DNA of 63,256 nt, filler included, from Collodictyon triciliatum (GCA_043381765.1; 4 parts of 4 records of this genome joined end to end with filler, not necessarily neighbours in it); one strand, 5' to 3'. Counted from the whole stretch's first letter, positions 38,160 through 50,700 are shown. Numbers and translations: made by a program. The notes: generated by a model not told the origin, from the sequence alone.

Positions 38160-39199
38160 GCAAAGGCAGGTTCTGCATTGCAGTCTGAGGCCTGGGGCTC
38201 AGGGGGTATAACGTACGTGTTGGACTGTGTATCGCCCATGTAAAAGAAAAAAATATGATTGTACTTATGTATGTATGTTGAAAATGCCATATTCTTGGTG
38301 ATGGCGAGATAAACAAACGGTGCTGTGCATCGACATTGGATAAAATAAATGAATGAATGAAAGGAACAAATGGATGGGTGTCTGTGATGGAGTTGCCTTG
38401 GAAAGGTAAACTTGGATATTCTCCCTTCGTGGTGGTGAAAGCTGTTTGTGTGCGCACGGCAGTTGTTGGAAAGTGCTGTTGTCGCGTCAGTTGCTCTTGT
38501 GTCAGTGCCTGTCATCATTTTTTTTATTTTGCAAAAAAAAAAAAAAAAATAATGATAATAATCAGGCGCAGATAGCGACAGAGCGGCAAGAAAGAAGGTT
38601 GACAAAGGGTGACCGCATCATATTTGGCTTTGCAGTGGACTGTCTCACTATCTGCATACATATACAATCTTGATAAAATAATAATAAATTAGCCTTTGAT
38701 TGGCGCAAGTACCAACATTCATTTACATTCCGCAAATAGTATGTCTAAAGAGTTCCGAATTGGCACATTTTACTGAAAATTTTCTGACGGATGAAGCAAC
38801 CAACCGAATGGGTTTCCAACACGCTATTTAAGCTAGTCATTCATTTCCACACCCTAGATGTGTTTATGATTTCTGCTAGTACGTGTCTCCCCACCACAAG
38901 CTCTTTCATTCACATAGCCAGATACGAAGCAGATCTATTTCGTTTTAACGTGTGGCAAATACACTGAGAATATGCCTTGACTGGCCGCTTGCGCTGCACA
39001 AAGCCAAATCCCAAGGAAGATTCAAACTCTTTAATCAGTGCGCGCGTAGCACGCGCTGGAGTTTGTGCGACAATAGACCCAGCCCTTTGCATCGAGACCC
39101 TTACAAGCACTAAACTGACATGCCTTCCCATGAAAGGGGAGACCGAAACATCTCAGGAGTAAGACGCGCACCTAGAAACCAGTCAGTGGCTCCCCTGTG

Positions 39200-39829
39200 A
39201 TGCGCATGGAGAAGCCGTCCGTTGTAAAAGACAGCAGCCGCCGAGCATGCGGTTGGACCCACGATGAGGACACGCTTCTTTTCCAGGCCATCTCGGAGCA
39301 AACGTCGGCTGCAAAGGTGCGGACTTCACGAGGCCGCGGACATCACGGACGCTCAAACAATCACAACATCTGTTGGATCACCGTCTCCAAGTTCATCCGG
39401 GACGGCTCGGACGGCAAGCATGAACGCACCTCCAAACAGTGTTCGCAGCGCTGGTCACGGGTTCTGGACCCGGCTATCCGCAAAGGCGAATGGACCAAAG
39501 CCGAAGATGACCAGCTCTATGCCTCTGTTGACGTATACGGGCCGTCTTCGTGGAGCAAAGTTGCCATCACTCTTCCTGGGAGGACTGACATCCAATGCCG
39601 CTCGCGCTGGCTGCAACTGCGGCAACGTGAAGCCTCTGCCTCGCATTCAGCATCAGGCATGGTGAAGCGTCTTGTGTCCTCTCCAGCCGATGGGGAGTTG
39701 CTCGATGATCAGAGCTGTCAAAAGCACGCGAGATGCGATGATGACGCAACAACAATAGAGCTTCTCCCCAATGAATATGCCTCTTCCTCCTCTTTGGCTC
39801 GCATATCCATAAGTAATCTACTCAACTGA
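39200..39829 (+). CDS. Intronless two-repeat (R2R3-type) MYB transcription factor
   Basis: GWTHDED..CWITVS..RTSKQCSQRWSRVLDP and KGEWTKAEDDQL..YGPSSWSKVAITLPGRTDIQCRSRW. C-terminal ISISNLLN. Confidence 0.92.
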   Translation: MRMEKPSVVKDSSRRACGWTHDEDTLLFQAISEQTSAAKVRTSRGRGHHGRSNNHNICWITVSKFIRDGSDGKHERTSKQCSQRWSRVLDPAIRKGEWTKAEDDQLYASVDVYGPSSWSKVAITLPGRTDIQCRSRWLQLRQREASASHSASGMVKRLVSSPADGELLDDQSCQKHARCDDDATTIELLPNEYASSSSLARISISNLLN

Positions 39830-40610
39830 TCACATTGCACGACACTTTGCTGCATGCCCACAGCGACCCTGCCAGCTGATTCCTCCTCACCCCTCCGAGA
39901 TAATTTATTTCTTGTCTCGCGGTTTCTGTACTGATGATGATATATACACTCTGCTAATTCGAATAAAGCTCTGTCATAGGAAGCACAAAAGCATGCATAC
40001 AATTACATGCACCTCTTTATGGTTTTTTTTTTCTTTTTAGAATCTTTTGCGGTACTTGTCTGCTTGCGGCTTGCTGCCTTCGCTTCCACGGTTCTGCCAG
40101 AGGCCGGAAGCCCTTTGCTCCCTGTTTCCCGCTGGCATAGAATAAATCCACAAAAGTACAGTAACCTATGTATTTTCGTTTTATTACCAAAATAAGCCAT
40201 TAAAGATAAAATTTTTGGGTGTACCCTAAAAAAGGAAATAATGTCTTTGCGCTTCGAATTGAGAAATACCCGGGTCATTGTAGCCCACATTCCGCATCAA
40301 ATGAATCCATATTTTGGTCGCTGCTAGCTCATGCCAAATAAAGATATGGCGATTGAATCTTCTGATGGCGTGTCTGTGGCGCACACAAACCTCCTGTGAT
40401 TCTGTTATCTTCCAGGCTCCTTCCTCAGCTGCGGCGAAAGCATCACAGGAAACTCGGTTACCCAGGGCCCCGATCACCGCCGCGATCACAAGTGCCGCGC
40501 GCAATGCCACCCTCAAAAAAAAAAAAAAAAAAAAACCAAAAAAAAAAAAAAAAGACAAAAAAAAAAGAAAAAAAAAAAAAAAAAGGGGGGAAAGAAGGGA
40601 AAATTAAACC

Positions 40611-40710
40611 NNNNNNNNNNNNNNNNNNNNNNNNNNNNNNNNNNNNNNNNNNNNTTAATTAATTAANNNNNNNNNNNNNNNNNNNNNNNNNNNNNNNNNN
40701 NNNNNNNNNN
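40611..40710. other. Artificial scaffold-joining spacer
   Basis: 44 N + TTAATTAATTAA + 44 N. Confidence 0.95.
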
Positions 40711-40991
40711 AGGGCCCAACCAAAAACCAACCAAAAAAAAAAAAAAAAAAACCTCGAAACATACCAACAGGATCAAGAAGAAAGAGAAAGAAAAGTAAAA
40801 CGAGTCGAATGGGGCGAGACTTTAAGCTGCCTCTTTACAAGCACCCGATTGCTCGAAAACAGCGGCAACCTTCAGTTTTCCCTTTCCTTTCCGCGATCAC
40901 AGAAACCGCAACCTCAAAACACACTCCACACTCCACACTCCACCGACAGGCCAGACCAGCGCCGGACACGCACAGCACCGCCCCACCAAGC

Positions 40992-41195
40992 ATGTCGGAC
41001 GATCAAACACTGGCCCTCCTGCACTCCGTGTTTGACGCGCTCTTCCTCCTGTCGTGGTCGTCGTTCCTCGTGGGCGTCTTGTTTGCCTTTGTGGTGACGT
41101 GGTCCTCAAACACGAAGCCCGGCGACCAGCCCGTCAAGATCACGGCCGCCTCGGCCGCCGCGCCCAGCGAAGCCTCCTCCAAAAAGACCGACTAG
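40992..41195 (+). CDS. 67-aa small membrane protein of unknown function
   Basis: MSDDQTLALLHSVFDALFLLSWSSFLVGVLFAFVVTWSSNTKPGDQPVK... has one hydrophobic segment and GC3-rich codons like the neighbouring Rieske gene. Confidence 0.6.
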   Translation: MSDDQTLALLHSVFDALFLLSWSSFLVGVLFAFVVTWSSNTKPGDQPVKITAASAAAPSEASSKKTD

Positions 41196-41464
41196 AGCCT
41201 CTCTCTCTCTCTCTCACTCCCTCACTCTCTCTGGCTATACATCCTCCTCTCCTTTTCCCCCTGCTTTGCTGTCACCCGCGCCCGCGCGATCAGCCGCAGA
41301 AATGAAGGCGCACAGAGCCTCCCGGCACCCACCCATACAACGTAGACACCAAACACACGCCCGCGCACACATGCCAGAAGCGGAAGCAACGGACAGGCGC
41401 TGCCATATCTGCGACCGGTCATCTCGACGAGTGGGATGGAGTGATTCATGGGGGGAGGGGGGGC

Positions 41465-42387
41465 TTAGCCGACGAGGATGGTGGAGTCGCCGAGGAACTT
41501 GTAGGGCGGAATCTCGAGGTTGAGCGGGGCGGGGCCCTTGCGGATGCGGCCGGAGGTGTCGTAGTGGGAGCCGTGGCAGGGGCAGAACCAGCCGCCGTAG
41601 TCGCCGGCGCCGTCGATGGGGACGCACCCGAGATGCGTGCAGACGCCGAGGACCACCAGCCACTCGGGCCGCTGGGCGCGCTGCTCGTCCGTCTCGCGGT
41701 GCTTCAGCTCCCCAAGGTCGGCCTCCGTGGCCAGCGCGATGTCCTTCTCCGTGCGGTGGCGCACAAAGAGCGGCTTGCCGCGCCACGAGATGGTCACCTG
41801 CAGGCGAGAGGAAGAGAGAGGAAGAGGGAATACAAATCAGGCACGGGTCAGTCAGCGGCCGGCTTACGGTACTAATTTCTCGGTGGGCGGCTTACGGTCT
41901 GCCCCTCCGGGATGGCGCTCAGGTCGACCTCGATGGAGGCCATGGCAAGGACGTCGGCGGAGGGCAGCATGGTGGAGACGGCCTCCACAACAAAGTTTTT
42001 GATGGCCACGGCGCCCAGCGTCCCCAGCCCGCCAATCACAAAGTAGCCGAACGCCCGGCGCGAGGGATCCCCGCCCGTCTTGGCCGCGTGGCGGTCCTGC
42101 CCGGAGGCGACGTGGTAGCCTTCCACAGGGCCTTGGCTGGCTGTGGCTGTGGCTGTGGCTGTGGCTGTGGCTGTGCTCATAGTGCGCATACCTGTTTGTA
42201 TTTGTGTCAGTTGCGGCTCTGCTGGCTGGGAAGGCCGACGAGACATACCGCTTTCGGCGCTGGATTCATCCTCGCTTCGGGGCGGGCGTGTGCCGAGTGC
42301 GTGGGCGAAGGCGCGTGTGGCGGCGGATGTCGAGGCGCGTGGTTGGTGGGCTGCGCGGGCGAGGCGGCCGAGTGTGCGGGTGAACAT
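41465..42387 (-). CDS. RIP1: Mitochondrial cytochrome bc1 Rieske iron-sulfur protein
   Basis: CTHLGC and [21 protein letters not shown] motifs, TM helix [19 protein letters not shown] hinge and Arg-rich presequence. Intron 41798-41895 and probable in-frame intron 42192-42248. Confidence 0.97.
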
Positions 42388-43222
42388 GGCTGCTGCTGTT
42401 ATGGCGGGCGTTTTTTGTTTTGTTTTTGTGTTTGTGTGTGTGTGTGTGTGTGTGTTTTTGTGGGAATAGTGTTTGAGTTGGGAGCGAAAGGAAGAAGGAA
42501 AAGAAGGTGGTTTTTTTTTCTTGCTTTATTCTTTTTCTTTATTATTAAGTGTGTGTGTGTGAATATATGTTTTTAAAATTGTGTAGTGGCTTTGAAAATG
42601 AGTAAAAGGGATGTTGGGTGGTGATTGATCAATACTGGTGTTTGTTCTCTTCTGTTAGGGAGGGAGAGGCGGGATCTGTGAAGCGACTGTTGGATGGTAA
42701 ATGAAAAAAAAAGAGAGCGTGTGAAGAATTGAGAAGGCATTGTTGGGGGCGGCTGCTAAGCGGCATTGATTCTACTGTAGCCAGAAAAGGCTGGGCCGAT
42801 CGGGTTTGGCGCTGTGTCTGGCCCTTCCTGCCTTTGCCTTCCACATCGCCCCCAAGTTTTCAGAGCATTTGGGCGCCTTGCTGATTTGTTTGGGGCTGAT
42901 TAATCTAAAAAATTTTCGTTGTTGTTGGTGCCGTGACGACAATACATTGAAATACACCATATTTAATCAATTTCTATCGAATATTATTTTCCACGCCTGG
43001 AAAAAAGGTTGAAGTGATTATATCTCTGTATCCACATAATTTGCCCCCGCAGTCACAAGCTCCAGGGTATTGTGCAAAGACCCTGTCAAAGTTTGTCTCA
43101 TTAGTTTTGAAATGGTAGTAATGCATCGATTCATGGAGATCTCTTGCGGAATATACCATTTCATTGGAATAATTTATTATTATTATTTTTTTTTTTTTAA
43201 TATTTCTGTCAAAATGGCTACA

Positions 43223-44736
43223 CTAATGCGCGGTTATTCTCGGCTGCTCGGCAACCTCAGAAAATGCATCGAGCGATGTGCGTGGGATAAATATGGCATT
43301 GAACCGCGTAAGAACCCATGCCACCAAGAGCCCAGAAGCAAATGCTAACGCCACAGTCAAGCCCAAAGAGGCAAAAATCCTCGAGGAAGAGGGAATTGAC
43401 AGTTGAGACATCGACGAACCATATATCAGCTCATCTTCTGCATAGTACGCTCGCATACATACAGTGACTACCGTGCTTGTAATGGAGGCAACTCCGTGTG
43501 ACAGTATAGTTGAGTTGTGATCTATATATCTGGAGCCTCTCGTCTTTTTTTCCAAACACACAATTCCTAGTTGCAGCACAAGAGCAATACAAGCCCCGAA
43601 TCCAGCGGCGCCTGAGGGCCCGCATAAGGAACCCAGAATCCCTGCCATTCCAACACCACCTTGGCAAGATTAAAGTACGAGTTATGCTTTTGGTAATTCA
43701 AAATACATATGATGGTTGGAATTATGGGACTCCGAAGGGGTTCAAAAAGCATGACACTTGTTTGTTATATACCTGCAACCAGAGCACTGCGGAGATGCGC
43801 GAGACGCCAACGACCTCCATTCATGAGCGCATTGACACTGGTGGATATCACAAAACAAGACGTCATAGAGAGGAAGGTATTCACCACCATTTGGTTCAAG
43901 ATTCGAGATGGTGCAAGTGCTATGTTGTAAGAAGGAAAGAAGGTAGCTGCGACAAGAATCCCCGTAAACCCTATAAGAGCGGCATCTTTGTCATTCGAAC
44001 CATTTCTCTGATGAACGCACGGGTCCAAAGGATGCGCCAGCGCTAAAAACACCGGAGCCGAAAATACACTTGCAAACACATGAACCGAAACAACTTTATC
44101 CCAATGCGGCATATGCAAATATTCGTGGATAAGAAACGCATTCAGGGATGCAAAAAGCGCCTCTGTCAAAGACATAACCATTATCTGTGGGCCGGATGCA
44201 ATACCAGACACCGCTCCATATGAACAAAGAGTTGTTGTCACTCGAAGCGCACCTCTAATCAAAACATCGGCAAAGATTTTACCATTGTCAGTCCCAGACC
44301 CCCAATGCGATTCCGGGATGACTGCTGCCAGTAAACTAATGCCAGCTGCAGCAATCGCATACGCCATGGAATTGACGCCATCACCTGTCTGGAGAACCCA
44401 TTATGTTTTAAATCATAGAGGTATTGATGTGTTGATGTATTGATGTATTGATGTGTTGATGTATTGATGTATTGATGTATTGATGTACTGATATGTTGAT
44501 GATGATATGTTGCCATGACAAGTCTTTCCACTTACCCGACCGCTACTGATCAGACCGAACCCAATAACAGCAACAATCATGATGTCCACGAGTATCTTGT
44601 GGCTGGACGGCACATTTGGACGAGCGTCAGGAAACGTCGTGACAGTCCCCAGCAGAATGACAAGAGCGACCTGGACAAGCGTGAATCCAGCAAAAAACAC
44701 TTTGCGCTTCCGCTTCCATGAGACTGGATCGCTCAT
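43223..44736 (-). CDS. Divergent Rh-family (Amt/Mep/Rh) ammonium or gas transporter, 3 exons
   Basis: DIMIVAVIGFGLI, SYGAVSG...QIMVM, VSVHVFASVF, FPSYN, VNTFLS, HLRSALVAG and LSHGV align with recalled Rh motifs (DVHVMVFVGFGFL, FGAVLG, IHTFGAYF, WPSFN, INTYCS, HIQNATLAG, LHG). Confidence 0.8.
44421..44505. repeat. (GTATTGAT)n intronic repeat
   Basis: 8-mer repeats within Rh intron 1. Confidence 0.8.
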
Positions 44737-45375
44737 TTCGCGTTGGACACACTGCTACTAGCCTGTGTCTCGTGCCACGGCCTGGAGAAGACTGTTCGGT
44801 GTTTAGTTTGTGTTGTTTTATTACAGGAAAAGAGAAATAGGGACTCTGGAGAATGAGAAGTGGTGAGGGGAGTATCAGCAGGCACACGAGTCCACAAAGA
44901 AAGAGACAACCACCCCAGGATTGCCCCCGTTTCGTTCGGGTTTGCAGACTTTTTCTCATTTGTTGTGTGACAGTTAGGGCGGTCGAGCAAAAGACAACCA
45001 AAAAAAAAAAAAGGAAAAAAAAAACAGGCAAAATTGAGAGAAAAAAAAGTATAACAAAACAACGAAATGTTGATCGATCAAACAAGCAAGCACATATCTA
45101 CATCGGTATTGTGGATACAACACCGCATTCAAGCACCTGTCTAAACCCCCATGGCCATTACTGAGTCAGCTGCTATCCGCCTCTTACGGACCCCAGGCAG
45201 GCACGACCATCGAGATGATGATGAGGAAAAAGAGTAGATGAAAAAGAAAGAAAAAGAAAAAAAAAAAGGAACAATAATAATAAAGCGGCATTCAAAACAA
45301 CGATCATCATTATCACCATCACAATCATCCAGCACGACAGAATCAGAGTGTGACCCATGGCAGCGGCAAAAGCAA

Positions 45376-46260
45376 CTAGAGTGACTGGCCCTGCGGATTG
45401 ATCTGCCAGTGCGTCCTCTGCAGCGGACGCGGCCCACTTGGCGACTGCTTCCCGCGATGCGAGGCAAGGAACGAGACAGCCGAGCCGGGCGACCCGACAG
45501 ACGATGCCATATTGGGATTGACAGGCTGCTTCCCGCCCACATCGATGCCGCGCAGCTCCTCGGCAGCGCCAGCCTGGTGCAGCTTTGTGCAGATGGGGCA
45601 GTTGTGGGCGTGTCTGCGCCAGTGTTGGTTGCAGGCGTTGCAGAAGGAGGACGATGCGCCGAGATAGCGGTAGACGCGCTTCTTGAAGAGTCCGCACCCG
45701 TGGCATTTCTTGCTGATGCGGTGCTGCTGTTTGCGGCTGCTGTTGGATGATTCGCTGAGGGGGACTTCCGAGAAGCCGCATGTGCTGAGAATGTATGTAT
45801 TCANNNNNNNNNNNNNNNNNNNNNNNNNNNNNNNNNNNNNNNNNNNNNNNNNNNNNNNNNNNNNNNNNNNNNNNNNNNNNNNNNNNNNNNNNNNNNNNNN
45901 NNNNNNNNNNNNNNNNNNNNNNNNNNNNNNNNNNNNNNNNNNNNNNNNNNNNNNNNNNNNNNNNNNNNNNTTTGTAGTTTGACATGTGACGGAAATGGGT
46001 TGATACCGGCTGTCATCGTCCACGGAAATGAGATCGTCCCCGTTGGAAAGCGGCGTGCCGAGAAAGTGCTCGGGCTCGAAGGAGAAGCGGAAGCTTTGCT
46101 GCTGCGGTGGCGTAAGAGTGGGCATGTGAAAGGCCGGCTCTGGGCAGGAGCTGCTGAGCGTGAGGAGCATCAGGGCCGCGTTGATGTTGTCCTCGCTCTC
46201 TAGCTCCAAGTGGAACTGTGTGGCTTCTGTGTGGAATTTGATCTTTTGTCTTTCGTACAT
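45376..46260 (-). CDS. Divergent GATA-type zinc-finger protein (spans an N gap)
   Basis: CHGC-X17-CNAC followed by NQHWRR and a second CPIC pair. N-terminal AALMLLTLSS motif. Frame across the gap is assumed. Confidence 0.65.
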   Translation of the reverse strand: MYERQKIKFHTEATQFHLELESEDNINAALMLLTLSSSCPEPAFHMPTLTPPQQQSFRFSFEPEHFLGTPLSNGDDLISVDDDSRYQPISVTCQTTXXXXXXXXXXXXXXXXXXXXXXXXXXXXXXXXXXXXXXXXXXXXXXXXXXXXXXXXXNTYILSTCGFSEVPLSESSNSSRKQQHRISKKCHGCGLFKKRVYRYLGASSSFCNACNQHWRRHAHNCPICTKLHQAGAAEELRGIDVGGKQPVNPNMASSVGSPGSAVSFLASHRGKQSPSGPRPLQRTHWQINPQGQSL

Positions 46261-46552
46261 ATTTCATTATTATTGTTTTTGGCGGAGCTTGGAGTGGTTT
46301 TTTTTTAATCAGAAAGATTGGGAGACAGAAGTGCAGAGTTTAAGTGATGTTGCTTGAGTGGTAGTAGGTTTGGAGGAATTACCTGACATTCTTGGTGGGC
46401 AGAGTGTGGGTTGATTGGTTTGGCGGGGCTGTCTGGATGTGGTGAGAAACTATCGTCTTTATTTCTTTTGTTGTAAAATATCTGGTAGGTGTTTTGCCAA
46501 AAAAAAAAAAGTGTACCGAACAGGTCATGTGGTTTTTAAAAAAAAAAAGCGC

Positions 46553-47147
46553 GATCAGAATGAGACAGATGGGAGTTGCCAGGAAGTGATCGTGTGTGAT
46601 CGGAAGTGAATGGGCGAGTGCGTTTGACGTGTGGCTGAGGAATGTTTATGCCCGATCACTTTTTGATCATGACTCATCACTCCTGTTAATAACTCTGAAA
46701 GAAATAGAAGAAAATAAGACAAGAAATGGACAACGCAAAGAATAAAGCAGGTGATGCAACGAGATCGAAAGGTCGTTTGTGTCTTTGGTTGATTGGCCAG
46801 CAACTCTGTCATCAGACCGCGTCTGTAGCGAATGCTGAGAAAACAGACAATGAAAGGATAGTGCACAGTATTATGCATGCAATGATCAGAAATCCAGAGT
46901 GATCGGGCCGTGGCCTGCTAATGATCGATCACGCTCCTGCCCCTCGTGATCCACCACAGACAAACAACACTTCTTGACTATTTTTTTTTTCAAATCACCT
47001 TCTCTTGCGCCCATTTGATCTGTAGTTGATTCAACACTATCTTGTTCTCATTTCTTGTCGGAGGCCACGACACGCGATTCCCTTCATGTGTCACTTCGTG
47101 GTTGCTGTCGGGCTTCGATTCCTGCGGCTTTTTGTGGTGTTGCGATC
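46553..47147. promoter_or_regulatory. Cluster of TGATC/GATCA motifs upstream of the GATA-like gene
   Basis: 13 GATC sites in 595 bp, 12 of them TGATC on one strand or the other. Confidence 0.5.
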
Positions 47148-47726
47148 ATTCCCAACAAAATATTACAACCACACCCACAATCAAGATTCGCATGAGTCTA
47201 TCAACTGCACCGTTCTCTCTTTCTGTTTTCACAGCAGCCCGATGTGCTTTTTTTAAATAGAAAACTCTGATGTCTGTTTGCTTCGTTTCAATATAAATAT
47301 GAAACGAACCGCCACAATCCACAAATGTAAAAAAAAAAAATTAAATGAACCATAAACTGATCAAAAAAAATTGGCGTTGCTCCAGATTTGGCGTGTGCAC
47401 TACAGCACAATTTTTCAATGAAACAGGGCTTTTCCCAACAAAACACGCGCGCTGTTCTGTTTTCCTGGAAAGCTGGCAACGTTCTGGGAATCAGTTTCTT
47501 TTCGTGGAAAATAAAGTTTATAACTCGGTGGGCGCTTCCCTACCGTTTGCGAGCTAGGGCTATGGTCTCGAAAGGTGCCATGGAAAATAAAAATAGCGCG
47601 AAGGATAATAGAAGATAGAATTGAGGTAGATTAGATGGGAGAATCACGACAGGAGCGAAAGGTAGAATAACAGAATGATGAAATGGAAGATAGAACCGCA
47701 AAAAACGAGAACCGTAATCACGGTGA

Positions 47727-50700
47727 CTATGTTTCGGCCGTCATGGCCATTAGCTCGCGAGTCATCTCAACAAACGAGGGCCGGGCATCAGCTAAATCAT
47801 CCCATGCCTGTATCATAAGCGCTGGCCAGCCAGTTGGTGGCTCTCTAATATCGTGGGAAACGAGACCGTTTGCGATGCTTTTTGGTGATTCCAGCACGGG
47901 ACTCTGCGATGACAGTCCACTTTCACCTGTCACGTCAATGTCATCGGGAAGATCAATGGCATCCAAATCAAGTACATCTAGTTCATCCGATGGGCTTCTT
48001 GGTAGATGGGATCGTATCCTAGGCTTTGGCGGGACGTCCGGCCGCAGCTGCTCCATCACAACCTTGTAGCTCACTTGCATTCCATTCATTCCTTCGTAGG
48101 GGACGACGCGAGCCCAGATTTCCCACATAACAATAGCTGTAATGCGAAGTTGTATTGTCGCGTGAGTTTGATGCATAAGTGAATATTTTTAATTAATAAA
48201 GACTAGGAGAGCGTCGTACCGAAACTATAAACATCTGCAGCCTTGCCGTATGGATCACCTCGAATTATTTCGGGGGCCATCCAGCATGGGGACCCTACAC
48301 AAGAACATGAGTGTGCTGCGAGACATGAAATTCAAATGCATATACTAGAAAAAGGAAGCGTATCATTTATACTATTGGCACCCCTTTCAGATAGAGGATA
48401 TATTACATGTAACACGTCCATCAGTATATATAAGAAATGAGGCAATGAGAAAAGAATGGTATCTGGATAGTCAGTAAATTGTTTTTTTTTTCAGGCAACA
48501 GAATAGCAAAAAGAATCAGTGTTGGGGAAAATGAAAGTATAATACAGTATTCCCAAAGAATTACCTATTTGAGTCATTGAATTGTACTGGTCTACAAAGA
48601 CTCGTGCAACACCAAAATCCGATATCTTAGCAACCCAGTTCCTGTCGATCTGGAATATTTTTATTTTATTTTTGAGGGGGCTAATGTAATGAAGAAGAAG
48701 AAACACGCTGCTAACAAATGCAGCTCCCTATGCAAAATATGCGTTCTTTTTCGAGCTCGCATGTCATAATATCTGACCATTCTACTAGGAAAATGTATAT
48801 TCAAGTAAACAGACCAATAAGTTCGAGCTCTTCAGGTCTCTGTGCAAAATATCCTGACTATGGACATACGACATTCCTTTGGCCACATCAATAGCGATTC
48901 GCAATCTGCGACCCCATTCAATGTTTTCTTGATCGTTCATAAGAATATCGGTTAAGGAGCCTTTGTGGAGAAACTAAGAATAAGAAATGGTAAATGTCTC
49001 ATTTTACCTTCCCTGGGATGTTGAAAGCACACTTTAAAATTTATCGCAATTATGATTGCAAGTCTATGAGAAAAAGAATACGAGTGCCATAAAACATTGT
49101 AATTTAGTTCACCTCCATCACGATGAAAAGATCAGGAACTTCTGTGGATGCTCCGATGAACTGAACAATATTTGGATGCTCTAATTTACTACAATATGAT
49201 TACATTAGCAACGTATAAAAGGACGAATCATTCTAGGAAATCAAAGGATATAGAGTAGCTTATGTGGGTCTAACGAGTCTATTGCTGTGTGTTCATTAAA
49301 CGTTTGAGATAATTTAATGGTCCATAAAATTACTAGCATATCTCCACTTCTGCATTAAATCTCTTCAATTCTGCTGCTTTCATCCTTCGGGATGCACTAT
49401 AATATTTATCATTTACATATTCATGTCATGTGAATATTTTTCTGATTTTTGCAAATAGATATGTAATGATAATAAACATAAAGGGATTATTGTAGGGATT
49501 TTCAAACTTACAACTTCTTAATGGCTACATCCTGTCCTTTATAATGTCCAAAGTACACTTTACCTGTGGCCCCGCTTCCAATTTTCCGTTGAATATGAAC
49601 ATCTTTTAACTATTTGGATTGATTACAATTATTATTCTCAAAAGGAAAGGAATGACTTGGGATGACATGCTGTAGTTTGTTAGCGTATGAATTGATCAGA
49701 ACAAGACTAGTCATAGAGGGGGCGGGGGGACAAATCTCTCAGATGTAAAGATACAGGATGGAAAAATAAAAATAAAAAGAGGAAGGAAAACCTTAATGTT
49801 GAGAGGATTGCTCATCTGTTGAAGAGGAGATACAGTATGAGAGACCGTTTGAGACCTGCCGACGGATACCTTTGTAAAAATAGGACTATCATTCAAATCG
49901 AAGTTGCTGGATACAGGGCGGCCGACAGTGCTATCTGAATGTAGTGATGATGCAGTTTCCGAGCTAGCACAGCTCTCGATTTCATCACGGTATGAGGTTT
50001 GTGCTGGCCCCGGAGATTCAGGTGCTGTTATTTGATTTGCTTGGTGTGTGGGTGACGTCTGTATTTTTGTGGGTGGTTGAACCTCTTCGCTTGTTGAAGA
50101 GGCCGATAAAGTCGAGGTATTCTGAGACTTTGAGCGCGCTTTCACCACACTTTTCGGCGAAGTGGTTGGAGATGTTTCTCGTGGAGTCTGAGTCTCCTCG
50201 CTGGTCATCAACAAACCTTCAACACAACTCTTCAATGCACAAACCCAGTCATCTCGGACATCTACACTATCTGACGCAAACTCAAATATGCGAGACAAAC
50301 TCGCACAGCGCAAGCGAAACCACCAGAGTTTCTTGTGAGATAGTGGGATGTCTTGATGCCGCACGGAATTCGGGTATATGAATCCAGACGTTGAATAGGC
50401 TATTGGAAGCTGGTCATGATACAAATCAGCGTCGGAGATGACATCAACATCGTCTATTGCGAGGTTGATGAGGGGAATTGCAGACATCATAGCCTCGGCC
50501 TTGTATCGTCAAAATAAAAGTCAGATAAAGGTATGGTATCATTTTATAGGAGCATGTATGAGGAGGAGAAAATTAAAGGCGTTTCATAATAAATAAAATC
50601 GTGTTAAAATTGGCTTTGAATTAAGCAAGCGAGAAAAATGTTGAAGATATTCACACAAGAAAGACTTTGTTTGCATGCCTGGGTATTTCGAAACTGAAGA

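Noticed and set aside
40003-40558. Gene fragment at the right end of scaffold 2
   Set aside because: GC-rich exon-like sequence, but no coherent splice model or family match.
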